A DNA stretch of 64,000 nucleotides, taken from Mizuhopecten yessoensis. Taxonomy: Eukaryota. Positions 1-13,370 of the stretch are shown piece by piece. The translations under genes and the position numbers were made by a program. The stretch spans positions 453,296-517,295 of the forward strand of contig NW_018407093.1 in NCBI RefSeq assembly GCF_002113885.1, written 5' to 3'. Under the pieces are notes generated by a model. The model had not been told where the DNA came from. It ran no database searches and saw nothing but the letters and a program-made list of their open reading frames with translations. Each line of letters begins with the position of its first letter. Position 1 is the first letter of the stretch.

Positions 1-261
1 GAGGCATGTGGAAGAGACCTAAGTCCAAATGGGGCACATTTGAGGCACATTTTTAAAATTAGAGTCCAAATGGGGCACATTTGAGGCACATTGACAAAAT
101 TAGAGTCCAAACGGGGCACATTTGAGGTATACTTTAAAAATACCCCAGAAGTAGAGGTACATTTTAGGCATGCCTAAAATGTACCTCGGGCCAAAGGTAC
201 ATTTTAGGCATGAAAAAGGCATGAAAAAGGCATGCCTCAATGTACCTTTTTTTAGCCTGGG
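1..261. mobile_element. Right end of a non-autonomous DNA transposon (CMC/EnSpm-like terminus with subterminal repeats); left part lies outside the window
   Basis: About three 41-bp repeats (agtccaaatggggcacatttgaggcaca...), a perfect 34-bp palindrome at 154-187, repeated aggtacattttaggcatg motifs in both orientations, ending ...tttagcctggg (reverse complement CCCAGGCTAAAA). Family assignment is inference. Confidence 0.45.
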
Positions 262-294
262 TTACACTGCAAATTCAGCATAAAAGCAATGAAT

Positions 295-620
295 CATTGT
301 TGTTCATTTCATACCTGTCATTGTTCATTTCATACCTGTCATTGTTCATTTAATACCTGTCATTGTTCATTTTATACCTGTTATTGTTCATTTAATACCT
401 GTCATTGTTCATTTCATACCTGTCATTGTTCATTTAATACCTGTCATTGTTCATTTTACACCTGTTATTGTTCATTTTATACCTGTCATTGTTCATTTCA
501 CACCTGTTATTGTTCATTTCATACCTGTCATTGTTCATTTCACACCTGTCATTGTTCATTTCACACCTGTCATTGTTCATTTTATACCTGTCATTGTTCA
601 TTTCATACCTGTCATTGTTG
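295..620. repeat. 21-bp minisatellite (ttgttcatttcatacctgtca)n
   Basis: About 15 tandem copies read directly; explains ORFs 289..621, 434..646 and 447..665. Confidence 0.95.
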
Positions 621-673
621 AAACTGCAAAATCCAGTCTGCACCAACTTGTATTTTTCTATGTAAGCTCATTA

Positions 674-905
674 AGGGTTGGTCGGCTGTTGCAGTGGATA
701 ACCCACCAACCTTTCGTCAAGTTGGTTGGGGTTTGATTCCCCAATCGATTGTAAAAGGTTATGAGGTCATGTGCCCGTACCATATGATGTTTACCGGTTC
801 TCTGGTTCCCTCCCACATAAGACTCCTGTATGCCTCCATCCAGGCCAACAAGAGTGATTGAACAGTTAAACATAATTCAAAATTGTTGTGAAATATGGTT
901 AAATT
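674..905 (+). mobile_element. Degenerate tRNA-headed SINE with a V/CORE-type central domain
   Basis: A-box-like tgttgcagtgg (~687-697), B-box-like ggtttgattcc (~730-740), then ...tttaccggttctctggttccctcccaca resembling the ctccgggtactccggtttcctcccac SINE core, and an AT-rich tail. Confidence 0.55.
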
Positions 906-1074
906 TGTATAGTACGCTTGAAAGTAACCTGGTATGATATGAGAGATATGCTCTACACCATTTGAAGGATGTGTGTTGGAGATCTGTTTTGATATTTTAT
1001 ATAAGAAACAAGGATAATAGGATCACTACCTATACCTTAAGGGTAGGTCAGGGAAACTTCCCTTAGATGAGGTC

Positions 1075-1322
1075 CATGTCTGTTAAACCCAGGTATTGCA
1101 ATGAAACACACAGGTATTAAAAGCAATGAAATGCACATGTATTAAAAGCAATGAATTATATGTATTAAAAGCAATCAAACACACATGTATTAAAAGCAAT
1201 CAAACACACATAAATTATATTAACAGCAATGAAACACATATGTATTAAAAGCAATGAAACACATATGTATTAAAAGCAATCAAACACACATAAATTATAT
1301 TAACAGCAATGAAACACATATG
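1075..1322. repeat. ~25-bp minisatellite (tattaaaagcaatgaaacacatatg)n
   Basis: About 9 imperfect tandem copies. Confidence 0.85.
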
Positions 1323-2639
1323 CGTCGTGTTAATTTAATGAGTTTTGAAATTGTAATGTATATGTTTAAACTTTGTGAGTATGATTAGAATTATTCATTA
1401 ATAGGGAAAACATGTAACTGTTCAAAAGGGGGGGGGGGGGGGGAAATCAGGTGTTATTTGGTATGTTAAATATTAATACTTAACTTGATCTATTAACAAC
1501 AGTGTGGTAACATGTGAACATTGGTTTATATCCACCGAGGGGGTGACAGAAATGGAGAAAAAATTATATTTGACTTGAATTGTGGAAACCTTAGTCAAAA
1601 GGGGTCCCCCTGGCGTTACTGTTGTACAGTTGTACCCTCCGAACCAGTACCACCATTTAATACTAAAACACGACTTGTTTATTATAATTCTTGTGAAAGT
1701 TCCACGATGTTGTTAAGTCCAGTCATTTATAGCTACAACGGCTCTGTCCATAGACTACAGACATCATCTCTCAGAAACAATTCTCACCTGGCAACTGATC
1801 ATTGAGCCTCGCATTCATAACTAACACAGAGAAGATGTTTTTATGGCAGGAAAAAACATCTGCTGAGTAATTATTTAATCTTGTTTTTTTCTCTCAAAAA
1901 AAGTGTTAACCTGTCATCATTGTGTATGAAATGTTTGTACTCCGTCAGAAACACAATTAGAGCGTTAATGAATATGTAGCCAAGAAAAAAACTAATTCTT
2001 CTGCAAAATTCTGCAAATTCAATTTAGACATAGGTTTTTGCATCTGCCACGAAATATTACGGTAATGGCAAGTTAACGTTCGCCTGTCATTAGCTACGTA
2101 GATTACTGTATATGTAAACCAAGGCATAAATATAATTTCCAAAACTCTGTATCATCAATTTGCACCTTGCTGTCTGCATCTGTTAAATGTTTAAATCCCT
2201 CACCAAGTTAGCTGGACCTTGAAAGCACTTAAAAACATCTGATGATGATGTAGTGTAGTTATCCTGAAATGTTGACTCTATCATAAGCTAAGCCTTTCTG
2301 GTGCTTCCACTGCAGGTATGGGGAGTGAGGAATTATCATCCAATGGGGAAAACATGGCTACCAGGTGTTGAGAAATTACAGTCCAACAGGAGAATGTTTT
2401 ATCCTAAATTGATATGTACAAAATAAAGATAAGATAAATGTTTGCCTGGTGTGGTGAGGAGGCTGTAACACTGATCCTATAACCTGGTGTAGTTGTAAAG
2501 GATTGCTAGCTTTAGATTTCTGTACCTGCTTTATATGACTGTATCAAATAGACCAAGTCAGAACCAGCCCAGCTAGGCAAACCAAAGAAACTATAGACAC
2601 ACTCACAAAAACTAGGCAAATTCAGATCCATTAGACAAC

Positions 2640-3350
2640 CAAGCATCAAGTAGACAAACTCACACCGACGAGACACAAAGACATCAACTTCTCAAACTCA
2701 CATCAACTAGACAAACTCACATCAACTAGACAAGCTCACATCAACTATAAACTATAAACTCACACCAACTAGACAAACTCATACCAACTAAACAAACTCA
2801 CACCAACTAAACAAACTCACATCAACTAGACAAGCTCACATCAACTATAAACTATAAACTCACACCAACTAGACAAACTCACACCAACTAGACAAACTCA
2901 TACCAACTAAACAAACTCACATCAACTAGACAAACTCGCATCAACTAGACAAGTTCACACCAACTATAAACTCACACCAACTAGACAATCTCACACCAAC
3001 TTAACAAACACACACCAACTAGACAAACTCACACCAACTAGACAAACTCACACCAACTATAAACTCACACCAACTAGACAAACTCACACCAACTATAAAC
3101 TAACACCAACTATAAACTCACACCAACTAGACAATCTCACACCAACTAAACAAACACACACCAACTAGACAAACTCACATCAACTATAAACTCACACCAA
3201 CTAGACAAACTCACATCAACTAGACAAACACATACCAACTAGACAAACACATTCCAACTAGACAAACACACACCAACTAGACAAACACATACCAACTAGA
3301 CAAACTCACACCAACTAGACAAACACACACCTACTAGACAAGCTTACAAC
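2640..3350. repeat. 19/17-bp minisatellite (ccaactagacaaactcaca)n
   Basis: Tandem copies interspersed with a shorter ccaactataaactcaca variant. Confidence 0.9.
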
Positions 3351-4540
3351 CATTTTTGTGCTCAAACACACCATAATAAGTCCTGCACCAGCTTATAATT
3401 GATAATACTGAAACCAGTTTATCTTTAAACTGACTTTTGACAAAAAAATTGTTTTCAAAACTTGATTTGACTTTGACTTTGAAATAACTGAAAATTTGCT
3501 ACACACTTTATCCAAAGATAATAAATTGTTTCACAAGTGTTGCTGAAATGAAACAATATTATTATAAAAATGTGGAGATCAAATTTGACTTTATTTGACT
3601 TGAATTGCCCTCCCATAATCCTCCATATCATTTCCCCTTATAAATACCCCCCAGCCCTTCATAAACCCTCGAAAACCCTACAAATTCACCTAACAAAAAC
3701 TCACCTTCAAATTCCCCTGCAGTTCCCCACTACAAATGTATCTTTCAAAAATGACCTTCAACAACACCTCTCCACCCCCTCTAAAATACCCCCATATAAA
3801 GTGCCTGCAACTCCCTTTTCCCCATCCACCCCCACTAACCCCCCAAATGTTTTTTATATTTATGGGGTTTGTTATTCAGATTATCAGCTATCTTTGGTTT
3901 ACAATTTCATAAGGAAAAGAAATATATTAATCCGTTCTTTGTTACATTATGCAAGTCATTTTAACATTTCGGCTGGAAATGTGGTTAACATTACGTACAG
4001 GTGTTAGTGTAGAATGTTGATCTCAAAGGATGTCGGGTTAGTAGGATTGATTGTTAAAGGTTTGCTTCGATCAGAGGAAACTTTATTGATTGATTGTGTC
4101 TAAACTGTGGATGATTGTTATTGTGTTATTGGCAGGGATGCACACTGTGGACAAGTAATGTAAGATATAGGTATAACCTGACAGGTTGATTGAACACTGT
4201 AGATCACTGACCAGTATCAGTTAATTGTTACAGACTGAGTGACCTTTACTTGTTACAGTTTCCAGGAGTCAGTGCATATTACTTGATTTTCTACGCCTAA
4301 TTTTGACAGACGTTTTCACTTTAAATGCGAATCTTGAATTCACTTGGCAAAATAATAAAGTCTTAAAATAGCTTAAGACGACATCCTGGGGAAGCTTCAG
4401 GATCATGAAAAAGCATTCGCTTTCCATCAACTGCTTCTGTTTGTAACGTAAAATCAATGTGAGGGGAGGAATCTGTGCCAACACGTGAACAAGGAGATAA
4501 TGGACTCCTGTAGTACCGGTAGGTATCCGCTTTATATTAT

Positions 4541-4930
4541 ACTGATGTTTCCAGTTGTATAGGAAAGTAAACTGATGTTTCCTGTCTTATGGGAAAGAAA
4601 ATTGATGTTTCCTGTTCTATGGGAAACCATACTGATGTTTCCTGTCCTATGGGAAAGAAAACTGATGTTTCCTGTTCTATGGGAAACCATGCTGATGTTT
4701 CCTGTCCTATGGGAAACCATACTGATGTTTCCTGTTCTATGGGAAAGAAAACTGATGTTTCCTGTTCTATGGGAAACCATACTGATGTTTCCTGTTCTAT
4801 GGGAAAGAAAACTGATGTTTCCTGTCCTATGGAAAATAAAATTGATGTTTTATGTCCTATGGGAAACCATACTGATGTTTCCTGTCCTATGGGAAACCAT
4901 ACTGATGTTTCCTGTCCTATGGGGAAAGTA
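4541..4930. repeat. 30-bp minisatellite (actgatgtttcctgtcctatgggaaaccat)n
   Basis: 13 copies with alternating ...aaccat / ...agaaa ends; decayed copies continue to ~5280; explains four overlapping ORFs. Confidence 0.95.
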
Positions 4931-5396
4931 AACACCAGAATGGTACTTTGTGGTTTACTTGGCAGTGTTACTGATGTTGTTCTATGGGAAAGTAAACAAA
5001 TTGCTATTCTGTTAAGTAGTATATAATATAATTGACATTGTTACTTATGTTACCATTTCTACGAGAGCCGTGCTACTGGTGTTGTTTTTGGAATTTAGTA
5101 AACATCATATTTGTGTTTTGTGGTACTTGGCAAGAATGTTGATGTTTCTTGTTCCTTGGGAAGTAAACAAGTCGGTACTTTGTTAAATAGTTTACAGTGT
5201 GTAATTGACATAATGTTACTTATGTTTGTGTTTCTAATGCATCAATGTTACCGATGTTTTTTCTCAGAAAAGTAAACATCAGATTAGAATTTTAAGGTAT
5301 ATTTGGTATATATCATTAATGTTTCCATTCTTTTGGAAAAATATTACAGATTGGTATTTTGTGATACACCTGTATGTTAGTGATATTTCCAATATC

Positions 5397-7746
5397 AGCC
5401 TGACAATGCTGTAACACACGGCTACCATGGTAACAGTCTGACAATGCTGTAACACACGGCTACAATGGTAACAGCCTGACAATGCTGTAACACACAGCTA
5501 CGATGGTAACAGTCTGACAATGCTGTAACACGCAGCTACCATGGTAACAGTCTGACAATGCTGTAATACACGGCTACGATGGTAACAGCCTGCGATGCTG
5601 TAACACACGGCTACCATGGTAACAACCCGATAATGTTGTAACACATGGATACCATGGTAACAACCTGAAAATGATGTAACACACGGCTACCATAGTAACA
5701 ACCTGACCATGCTGTAACACACGGCTACCATGGTAATAACCTGATTATGCTGTAACACATGGATACCATAGTAACAACCTGACAATGTTGTAACACACGT
5801 ATACCATAGTAACACACAGCTACCATGGTAACAGTCTGACAATGCTTTAACACACAGCTACCATGGTAACAGTCTGACCATGCTGTAACACACAGCTACC
5901 ATGGTAACCGTCTGACAATGCTGTAACACACGGCTACCATGGGAACAGTCTGACAATGCTGTAACACACGGCTTCGATGGTAACAGCCTGCGATGCTGTA
6001 ACACACGGCTACCATGGTAATAACCTGATTATGCTGTAACACATGGATACCATAGTAACAACCTGACCATGCTGTAACACACGACTACCTGCTGTAACAC
6101 ACAGCTACCATGGTAACAACCTGACAATGCTGTAACACAAGGCTACCATGGTAACAATCTGACAATGCTGTAAACCAGGTCTACCATAGTAACATCCTGA
6201 CACTGCTGTAACTCAGGGATACCATGGTAACAACCTGACAATGATGTAACACGCGGCTACCATAGTAACAACCTGACCATGCTGTAACACACAGATACCA
6301 TGGTAACAGTCTGACAATGCTGTAACACTCAGCTACCATGGTATCAGTCTGACAATGCTATAACACACAGCTACCATAGTAACAGTCTGACAATGCTATA
6401 ACACACAGCTACCATAGTAACAGTCTGACAATGCTATAACACACAGCTACCATGGTATCAGCCTGACAATGCTATAACACACAGCTACCATGGGACCAGT
6501 CTGACAATGCTGTAACACACAGCTACCATAGTAACAACCTGACCATGCTGTAACACACAGATACCATGGTAACAGTCTGACAATGCTGTAATACACGGCT
6601 ACGATGGTAACAGCCTGCGATGCTGTAACACACGGCTACCATGGGAACAGTCTGACAATGCTGTAACACACGGCTTCGATGGTAACAGCCTGCGATGCTG
6701 TAACACACGGCTACCATGGTAACAGCCTAACAATGCTGTAACACACAGCTACCATGGTAACAGTCTGACCATGCTGTAACACACAGCTACCATGGTAACA
6801 GTCTGACCATGCTGTAACACACAGCTACCATGGTAACAGTCTGACAATGCTATAAAACACAGCTACCATGGTAACAGTCTGACAATGCTGTAACACGCAG
6901 CTACCATGGTAACAGTCTGACAATGCTGTGACACACGGCTACAATGGTAACAGCCTGACAATGCTTTAACACACAGCTACCATGGTAACAGTCTGACAAG
7001 GCTGTAACACACAGCTACCATGGTAACAGTCTGACCATGCTGTAACACACAGCTACCATGGTAACCGTCTGACAATGCTGTAACACACGGCTATGATGGT
7101 AACAGCCTGCGATGCTGTAACACACGGCTACCATGGGAACAGTCTGACAATGCTGTAACACACGGCTTCGATGGTAACAGCCTGCGATGCTGTAACACAC
7201 GGCTACCATGGGAACAGTCTGACAATGCTGTAACACACGGCTATGATGGTAACAGCCTGCGATGCTGTAACACACGGCTACCATGGGAACAGTCTGACAA
7301 TGCTGTAACACACGGCTATGATGGTAACAGCCTGCGATGCTGTAACACACGGCTACCATGGTTACAACCTGACAATGCTGTAACACACGGCTACCATAGT
7401 AACAACCTGACCATGCTGTAACACACGGCTACCATTGTAACAACCTGATTATGCTGTAACACACGGCTACCATAGTAACATCCTGACAATGCTGTAACAC
7501 ACGGATACCATAGTAACAACCTGACAATGCTGTAACACACGGCTACCATGGTAATAACCTGATTATGCTGTAACACATGGATACCATAGTAACAACCTGA
7601 CCATGCTGTAACACACGGCTACCATGGTAACAACCTGATGATGCTGTAACACATGGATACCATAGTAACAACCTGACAATGTTGTAACACACGGATACCA
7701 TAGTAACAACCTGACCATGCTGTAACACACGACTACCATGGTAACA
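5397..7746. repeat. 38-bp minisatellite (ctgacaatgctgtaacacacggctaccatggtaacagt)n
   Basis: About 60 copies, each with an internal palindrome taccatggta; variant sub-blocks recur. Confidence 0.95.
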
Positions 7747-8589
7747 GGTGTGCAGACATTATACGTTTCATTCTTGTTTACATAAGAGTTTTGGAAATTC
7801 TTTGCATTTTGTGATAATTTCCGGTTAACTGTTTGCTGCCTTGGTAGATGACCCAGCGGGTTGTGTTTGTGTAGTGTAGAGGGAGGCTCTTGATTACTCT
7901 GACTACAGGTAGACGTAGCACACCCTGTCTGAATGATGAGCGCTCCGTCAGACACCTGATTGCCCAGCCCAGGAGAAAGTGGTTTCTTCCAAAGATTGGA
8001 TTATATTTCAATCTTGGAAATGCTTTATACGTTTTAAGTAATTCAACAGAAAACTGTCTCATCGCCTTGGAAGTGTAATTTAAAAATCAAGAAAACGGTA
8101 AATCATTTGAAGTGATTTTACACAATTGACATGACACTGTGAAAAACCATTAAGCTGCTTTTCACTCAAAACTCGGCTGGGGAGTTTCCCTTCAGCTCAA
8201 TCAACAGTGCGCAGGACTAGTAATCTGTAGAAGTTCTGGGTTCATGAGCCTCTAGCAGAGCTGAGCACTTAGATTTTAAAGTAAAGATGAAATTTTTTAC
8301 CAAGTGGTACAACAAAAATAATGTGATTCTCTGTAAAAACAACAGGAAATAACATTGTTACGCTTTAAAAACCAAGCTGGAGATATCAGAACCAGAAATG
8401 TCAGTTGATGTTGAATTTGGAACTGATTGGTTTTCAAATCTACATGTCTGACGTTGTCAATTTCAATAAAGACAGGATCGACAGAGAAGGAATATCATGT
8501 AGGAATTGATACCTGTATGTTAATGTGTTTTATACCACCAACCTAATCATAGTGTAAAAATTCTTGGACAAGTGATGAACTGTTTAGAC

Positions 8590-9542
8590 GGTGTGTTTAT
8601 ATAAGTTCTACGTACCTGATGAGAGTGTTAATGTTTTGGACTACTACAGAGTTGTTCAGACCTTGGTATACTGGTGTGTTTACAAAATCAATCTACCTGA
8701 TGAGAGTGTTAATGTTTTGGAGCTGCTACAGAGTTGTTCAGAACTTGGTATACCGGTGTGTTTACAAAATCTACCTATCTGATGAGAGTGTTAATGTTTT
8801 GGACTACTACAGAGATGCTCAGACCTTGGTATACTGGTGTGTTTACAAAATCTACGTACCTGATGAGGCTGTAAATGTTTTGGACTACTACAGAGTTTAA
8901 TGTTCATACCTTGGTATACCGGTGTGTTTACAAAATCTACGTACCCGACGAGAGTGTTAATGTTTTGGACTACTACAGAGTTGTTCAGACCTTGGTATAC
9001 TGGTGTGTTTACAAAATCCATCTACCTGATGAGAGTGTTAATGTTTTGGAGCTGCTACAGAGTTGTTCAGAACTTGGTATACCGGTGTGTTTACAAAATC
9101 TACGTATCTGATGAGAGTGTAAATGTTTTGGACTACTACAGAGTTGTTCAGACCTTGGTATACCGGTGTGTTTACAAAATCTACGTATCTGATGAGAGTG
9201 TAAATGTTTTGGATTACTACAGAGTTGTTCAGACCTTGGTATACTGGTGTGTTTACAAAATCCATCTACCTGATGAGAGTGTAAATGTTTTGGACTGCTA
9301 CAGAGTTGTTCAGACCTTGGTATACCGGTGTGTTTACAAAATCTACCTACCTGATGAGGCTGTAAATGTTTTGGACTGCTACAGAGTTGTTCAGAACTTG
9401 GTATACCGGTGTGTTTACAAAATCTACCTATCTGATGAGAGTGTTAATGTTTTGGACTACTACAGAGTTGTTCAGACCTTGGTATACTGGTGTGTTTACA
9501 AAATCTACGTACTCGATGAGAGTGTAAATGTTTTGGATTACT
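8590..9542. repeat. 81-bp tandem repeat
   Basis: About 11-12 copies of ggtgtgtttacaaaatctacgtacctgatgagagtgttaatgttttggactactacagagttgttcagaccttggtatact; gives the 27-aa periodicity of ORF 8900..9631. Confidence 0.95.
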
Positions 9543-10436
9543 TAGGAACAGACAGTGGTACCCATCATGTGTTTATAAGCTGCGACGTTAGCTGGTTTGT
9601 ATTAAGGAAGTATGCCCCAGTGTTTGTGTAAAACCCCTCTCACCACCTGAGGATGCTCACCAGGAGGACGCCTGTAGCTCATCACCGTCTTCTCATTCTG
9701 TTAGATTAGGTGGAAAAGAGTTTCTTTGATTAAGATTTGAGCTACTTTTTGGTTGTATTTGTGAAGATTCCATTTCTTGAGATTTTTGGATATTAATTAT
9801 ATAAGAGTGAATGGTTTTCCTAGAACTCACATTTTGTGCTACATATTAACCTTGTGGGATTCTTCGCAATTTTTCACATGTTGAGTCAGATTTCTACAGC
9901 AGTCAATGAATCCCTGTGCGGATATTCACGTTTTGAAGCAATGATTTCTCCAGTTCTATGTCAGTGTTGTCAGTGTGGAGGTGTTAATACTTGAGATCTG
10001 CGGAGACATACAGCTGTGCTGTAATACAGATCCTTTAGCGTGGATTTATAAAGTTTGAACCATTCACGTTTCCATGGAACTATAAATGGTAAACATTTGT
10101 GATGTTTACATTTTGTAGAAACCTCAGCATGGAATTGTAAATCAAGGGATTCTTTGAACATCTGTAGATCTGAGCGCTGGATCTGGTTGAGAATATTTAG
10201 GTGAAGATACATGAGTGTACAGATGTTCTCTGTTTCTGTGTGGTTCTGTATCGTTATTACCGATTTCTGTCCGGATGTGTATACTCTGAGTCTTTGTGGA
10301 AATGTGATTGATTGACCGAGGAGATGCTCTCCATATCTTAGTTATCATCTTCGACAGCTGACAAACCCATCACTGAAATAAAAGTGTGTTTGGCTGAGGT
10401 AATGGATCGCAGTACGAGGATGGGCAGAGGGGCGCT

Positions 10437-11099
10437 GAACCCATACTACACCACTAATACAGGTAACCCATACTACACCACTAATACAGGTAACCCACAC
10501 TACACCACTAATACAGGTAACCCAAACTACACCACTAATACAGATAACCCACACTACACTAATATAGGTAACCCACACTACACCACTAATACAGGTAACC
10601 CACACTACACCGCTAATACAGGTAACCCACACTACACCACTAATACAGGTAACCCAAACTACACCACTAATACAGATAACCCACACTACACTAATATAGG
10701 TAACCCACACTACACCACTAATACAGGTAACCCACACTACACCGCTAATACAGGTAACCCACACTACACCACTAATACAGGTAACCCACACTACACCACT
10801 AATACAGGTAACCCACACTACACCACTAATACAGGTAACCCACACTACACCACTAATACAGGTAACCCACACTACACCACTTATACAGGTAACTCACACT
10901 ACACCGCTGATACAGGTAACCCACACTACACCACTAATACAGGTAACCCACACTACACCACTACTACAGGTAACCCACACTACACCACTAATACAGGTAA
11001 CCCACACTACACCACTTATACAGGTAGCCCATACTACACCACTAATACAGGTAACCCACACTACACCGCTAATACAGGTAACCCACACTACAGGTAACA
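10437..11099. repeat. 27-bp minisatellite (aacccacactacaccactaatacaggt)n
   Basis: About 24 copies; explains the NPHYTTNTG ORF. Confidence 0.95.
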
Positions 11100-11711
11100 G
11101 TTTCAAATTCAGGCCAGTGTTTTGTTTCAGTACAGCCTGTAGAAATTTTTTGTTTTGGTAGTAAATCCATCAACAGGGACCAATGAGTTTAACAATGTGA
11201 TGAGGGACGTTATATTATGGTAAATAGTTGTGTGCAGAAGTCCCCTCCTGGCTTTCCTTGTCACACGTGGGTGTGGATACACCTGGTCACATGACAGACA
11301 TGGAGTGAAATGTCTTATAGCAGACCAATGGGTCTCCTGTGAGTGTCTTCATGATAAGAATAATGGATGTATTTCACAATCAAATTATGCGTCCATTCTA
11401 TGAGATAGCTGCTAGCCTCGTATCAAAGTTAATGTCACTCAGTGATGTGACGATTGACCTGGAAACTCTGCTCGGTGTTAAACAATATACTGTATGTATC
11501 TTGTATTAAGAAAGAATTCCTTATCAGCAGATCTTGTACCTTAATTTGTAGAAAACATCCTGCATCGTTTTACTCTGAAATATGATATCTAAAGTGATCA
11601 CTGACTATGACTCTCCAGCATTTGGGGGGTCTTTTGTATTGTACAGCTTTGTGGGGGTCCTCAGACGCAACCTCACTTAGTGACTAGATCTTCAAGGTTA
11701 TGTGTCAGCTA

Positions 11712-11824
11712 TGTAGCAGAACTGGACTGGGTCGATCATAAGCAACTAGGGAGCTTCTGTCTTGAGTTTGGAGGGTCTCGGGTTCGAACCCCGATCTGGC
11801 CGTGCACTTTCCCTTCCTGTTACA
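11712..11824 (+). mobile_element. Solo-LTR-like element with tRNA B-box (Helenus-type TRIM LTR, internally deleted)
   Basis: Starts TGTAGCAG and ends CTGTTACA (7/8 inverted match); 4-bp direct repeat GCTA at 11708-11711 and 11825-11828; contains GGGTTCGAACCC (T-arm/B-box). Confidence 0.7.
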
Positions 11825-12032
11825 GCTATATACAACGTAGCTATGTGGGGGGTCCTGAGTTGAAAGCTCACTATGACCAGATGTATAGTGTTTGTGAGAG
11901 TTTTAGGTAGAAGCTTGCTATAACCTGATAGTTGTTAGAAAGATCCGATGGTTTTGTGAGGATTCTTGGTTGATGCTCACTAGGACCAGACCTGTTACGT
12001 AGTGAGGTCAGGCCTGGCTATAGGAGGGTCCA

Positions 12033-12286
12033 GGGCCAGTATTCATGAAACCGTTCTCATGCTGTTCAAGCCTAATTTCTTGATTTGCTTATAAACTAAT
12101 AATAAAATCTTATTTTGTTAATGATTTGGAAATTTTTTGAAGAAACTTAAAGCCAAATACTGTTTTCAATGTATATATAGATTTGACTTTTTGATCGTTA
12201 GACATGATTTAAGTGAGTTACAAGAAAGTTTGTTTGAGCACAAAATCCATGCTTGAGCATGAGACAGGTTTCATGAATACAGGTCC
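12033..12286. mobile_element. MITE, PIF/Harbinger-like
   Basis: Imperfect ~35-bp TIRs: ggccagtattcatgaaaccgttctcatgc... and ...gcatgagacaggtttcatgaatacaggtcc; AT-rich interior. Confidence 0.65.
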
Positions 12287-12829
12287 TGGGTTGGGAGCTC
12301 ACAGTCTATTTGTGGTAACTCCATAACGAGTGGACACCCCTGTCCATCAGGTCTAAATCAGACAATCATCGCCTCATTACAGGGCCACCAGGGGGCGCCA
12401 AGCATCAGGGCCTACAATCATCATTTATTATTGGGGAGTGCAGCGTTTGACCTTAATTGATTTAGCAGGCGGTGTTAAGTGTTTCATGGCTGAGGAGAAG
12501 CAGAGCGCTGAAGCGTGAAATAGATTATCTGAAAATCTTATCTCTTATTTATTGTGATAACTAGAGAATCAATTATATATCCAGCTTCTTTACCATGATA
12601 ACCTCATGAGGAATTTCTACTCTGATAACCTTCTGGTTCGTTTTCGTTCCAATCACTATGATAGGTCTTGTCACAATAAAATATTACAACAATCATCAAA
12701 AGAATTAAAACAATTCAGCCCAAGCTGGTAATGGGAGCCCATTGTTGAGAAAACTGTGGCTTAATTTGTTAAACTGGAATTGTGGTGTTTCACTATCATG
12801 GTTTAATCTCATCAGGAGGGCTGGATGAG

Positions 12830-13370
12830 TTACACATATGGGATGAGGGCAGAGAGGAAGGACAAAATAATGGGATCTTGAAGGAAGGAAGAGAGGGGGC
12901 TATAGAGAGATGAACAGGATGGCAGATACAAAGGAGAAAAAGGAAGAGGCAGAAAGGAAGGAAGATAAGGGACTGGAGCGGAGGAAAAAACAGATGAGAT
13001 GGGAGGAGAAAGGGGGCTAGATGGCAGGATGAAAGAAAGGTTGGAGGGGAAGAAGAAAGGGAATACAAAGGAGTATTGGAGGGGAAGAAGAAAGGGAATA
13101 CAAAGGAGTATTGGAGGGGAAGAAGAAAGGATTGATAGCTAGAGAAGAAGAAAAATGGAAGGGTGGAAGGAAAGAGATCTAGAAGGGAGAAAGAGATGCT
13201 AAAATGGAAAAAGAATGGGCATTTGACAAGAAGGCAATTGGGATGGAAGGGGAAGAAATTGGGCAGGAAGAAAAGATAGTACATCTAGAAGGGAAGAAAA
13301 AAAGCAGAAAGGGAAGAAGAAAAGGGATGAAAGGAGGATTAAAAGAAAAAGGAGGAAGTGAAGAAAACAA
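12830..13370. repeat. GA-rich (polypurine) low-complexity tract
   Basis: Almost only G/A on the + strand; produces F/L/P/S-rich spurious minus-strand ORFs. Confidence 0.85.

Noticed and set aside
289-621. Cys/His-rich ORF resembling a metallothionein
   Set aside because: 21-bp minisatellite open in three frames/strands; no splice or expression support.
5397-7746. CRISPR-like appearance of 30-38-bp repeats with internal palindromes
   Set aside because: Units are directly tandem with no unique spacers, there are no cas genes, and the context is eukaryotic.
8590-9542. CTGATGA in each 81-bp unit suggesting tandem hammerheads (retrozyme)
   Set aside because: No downstream helix II or GAAA; the core is incomplete in all copies.
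10384-11097. NPHYTTNTG repeat ORF resembling an adhesive or mucin-like protein
   Set aside because: 27-bp minisatellite, also open on the minus strand; no signal peptide or supported exon boundaries.
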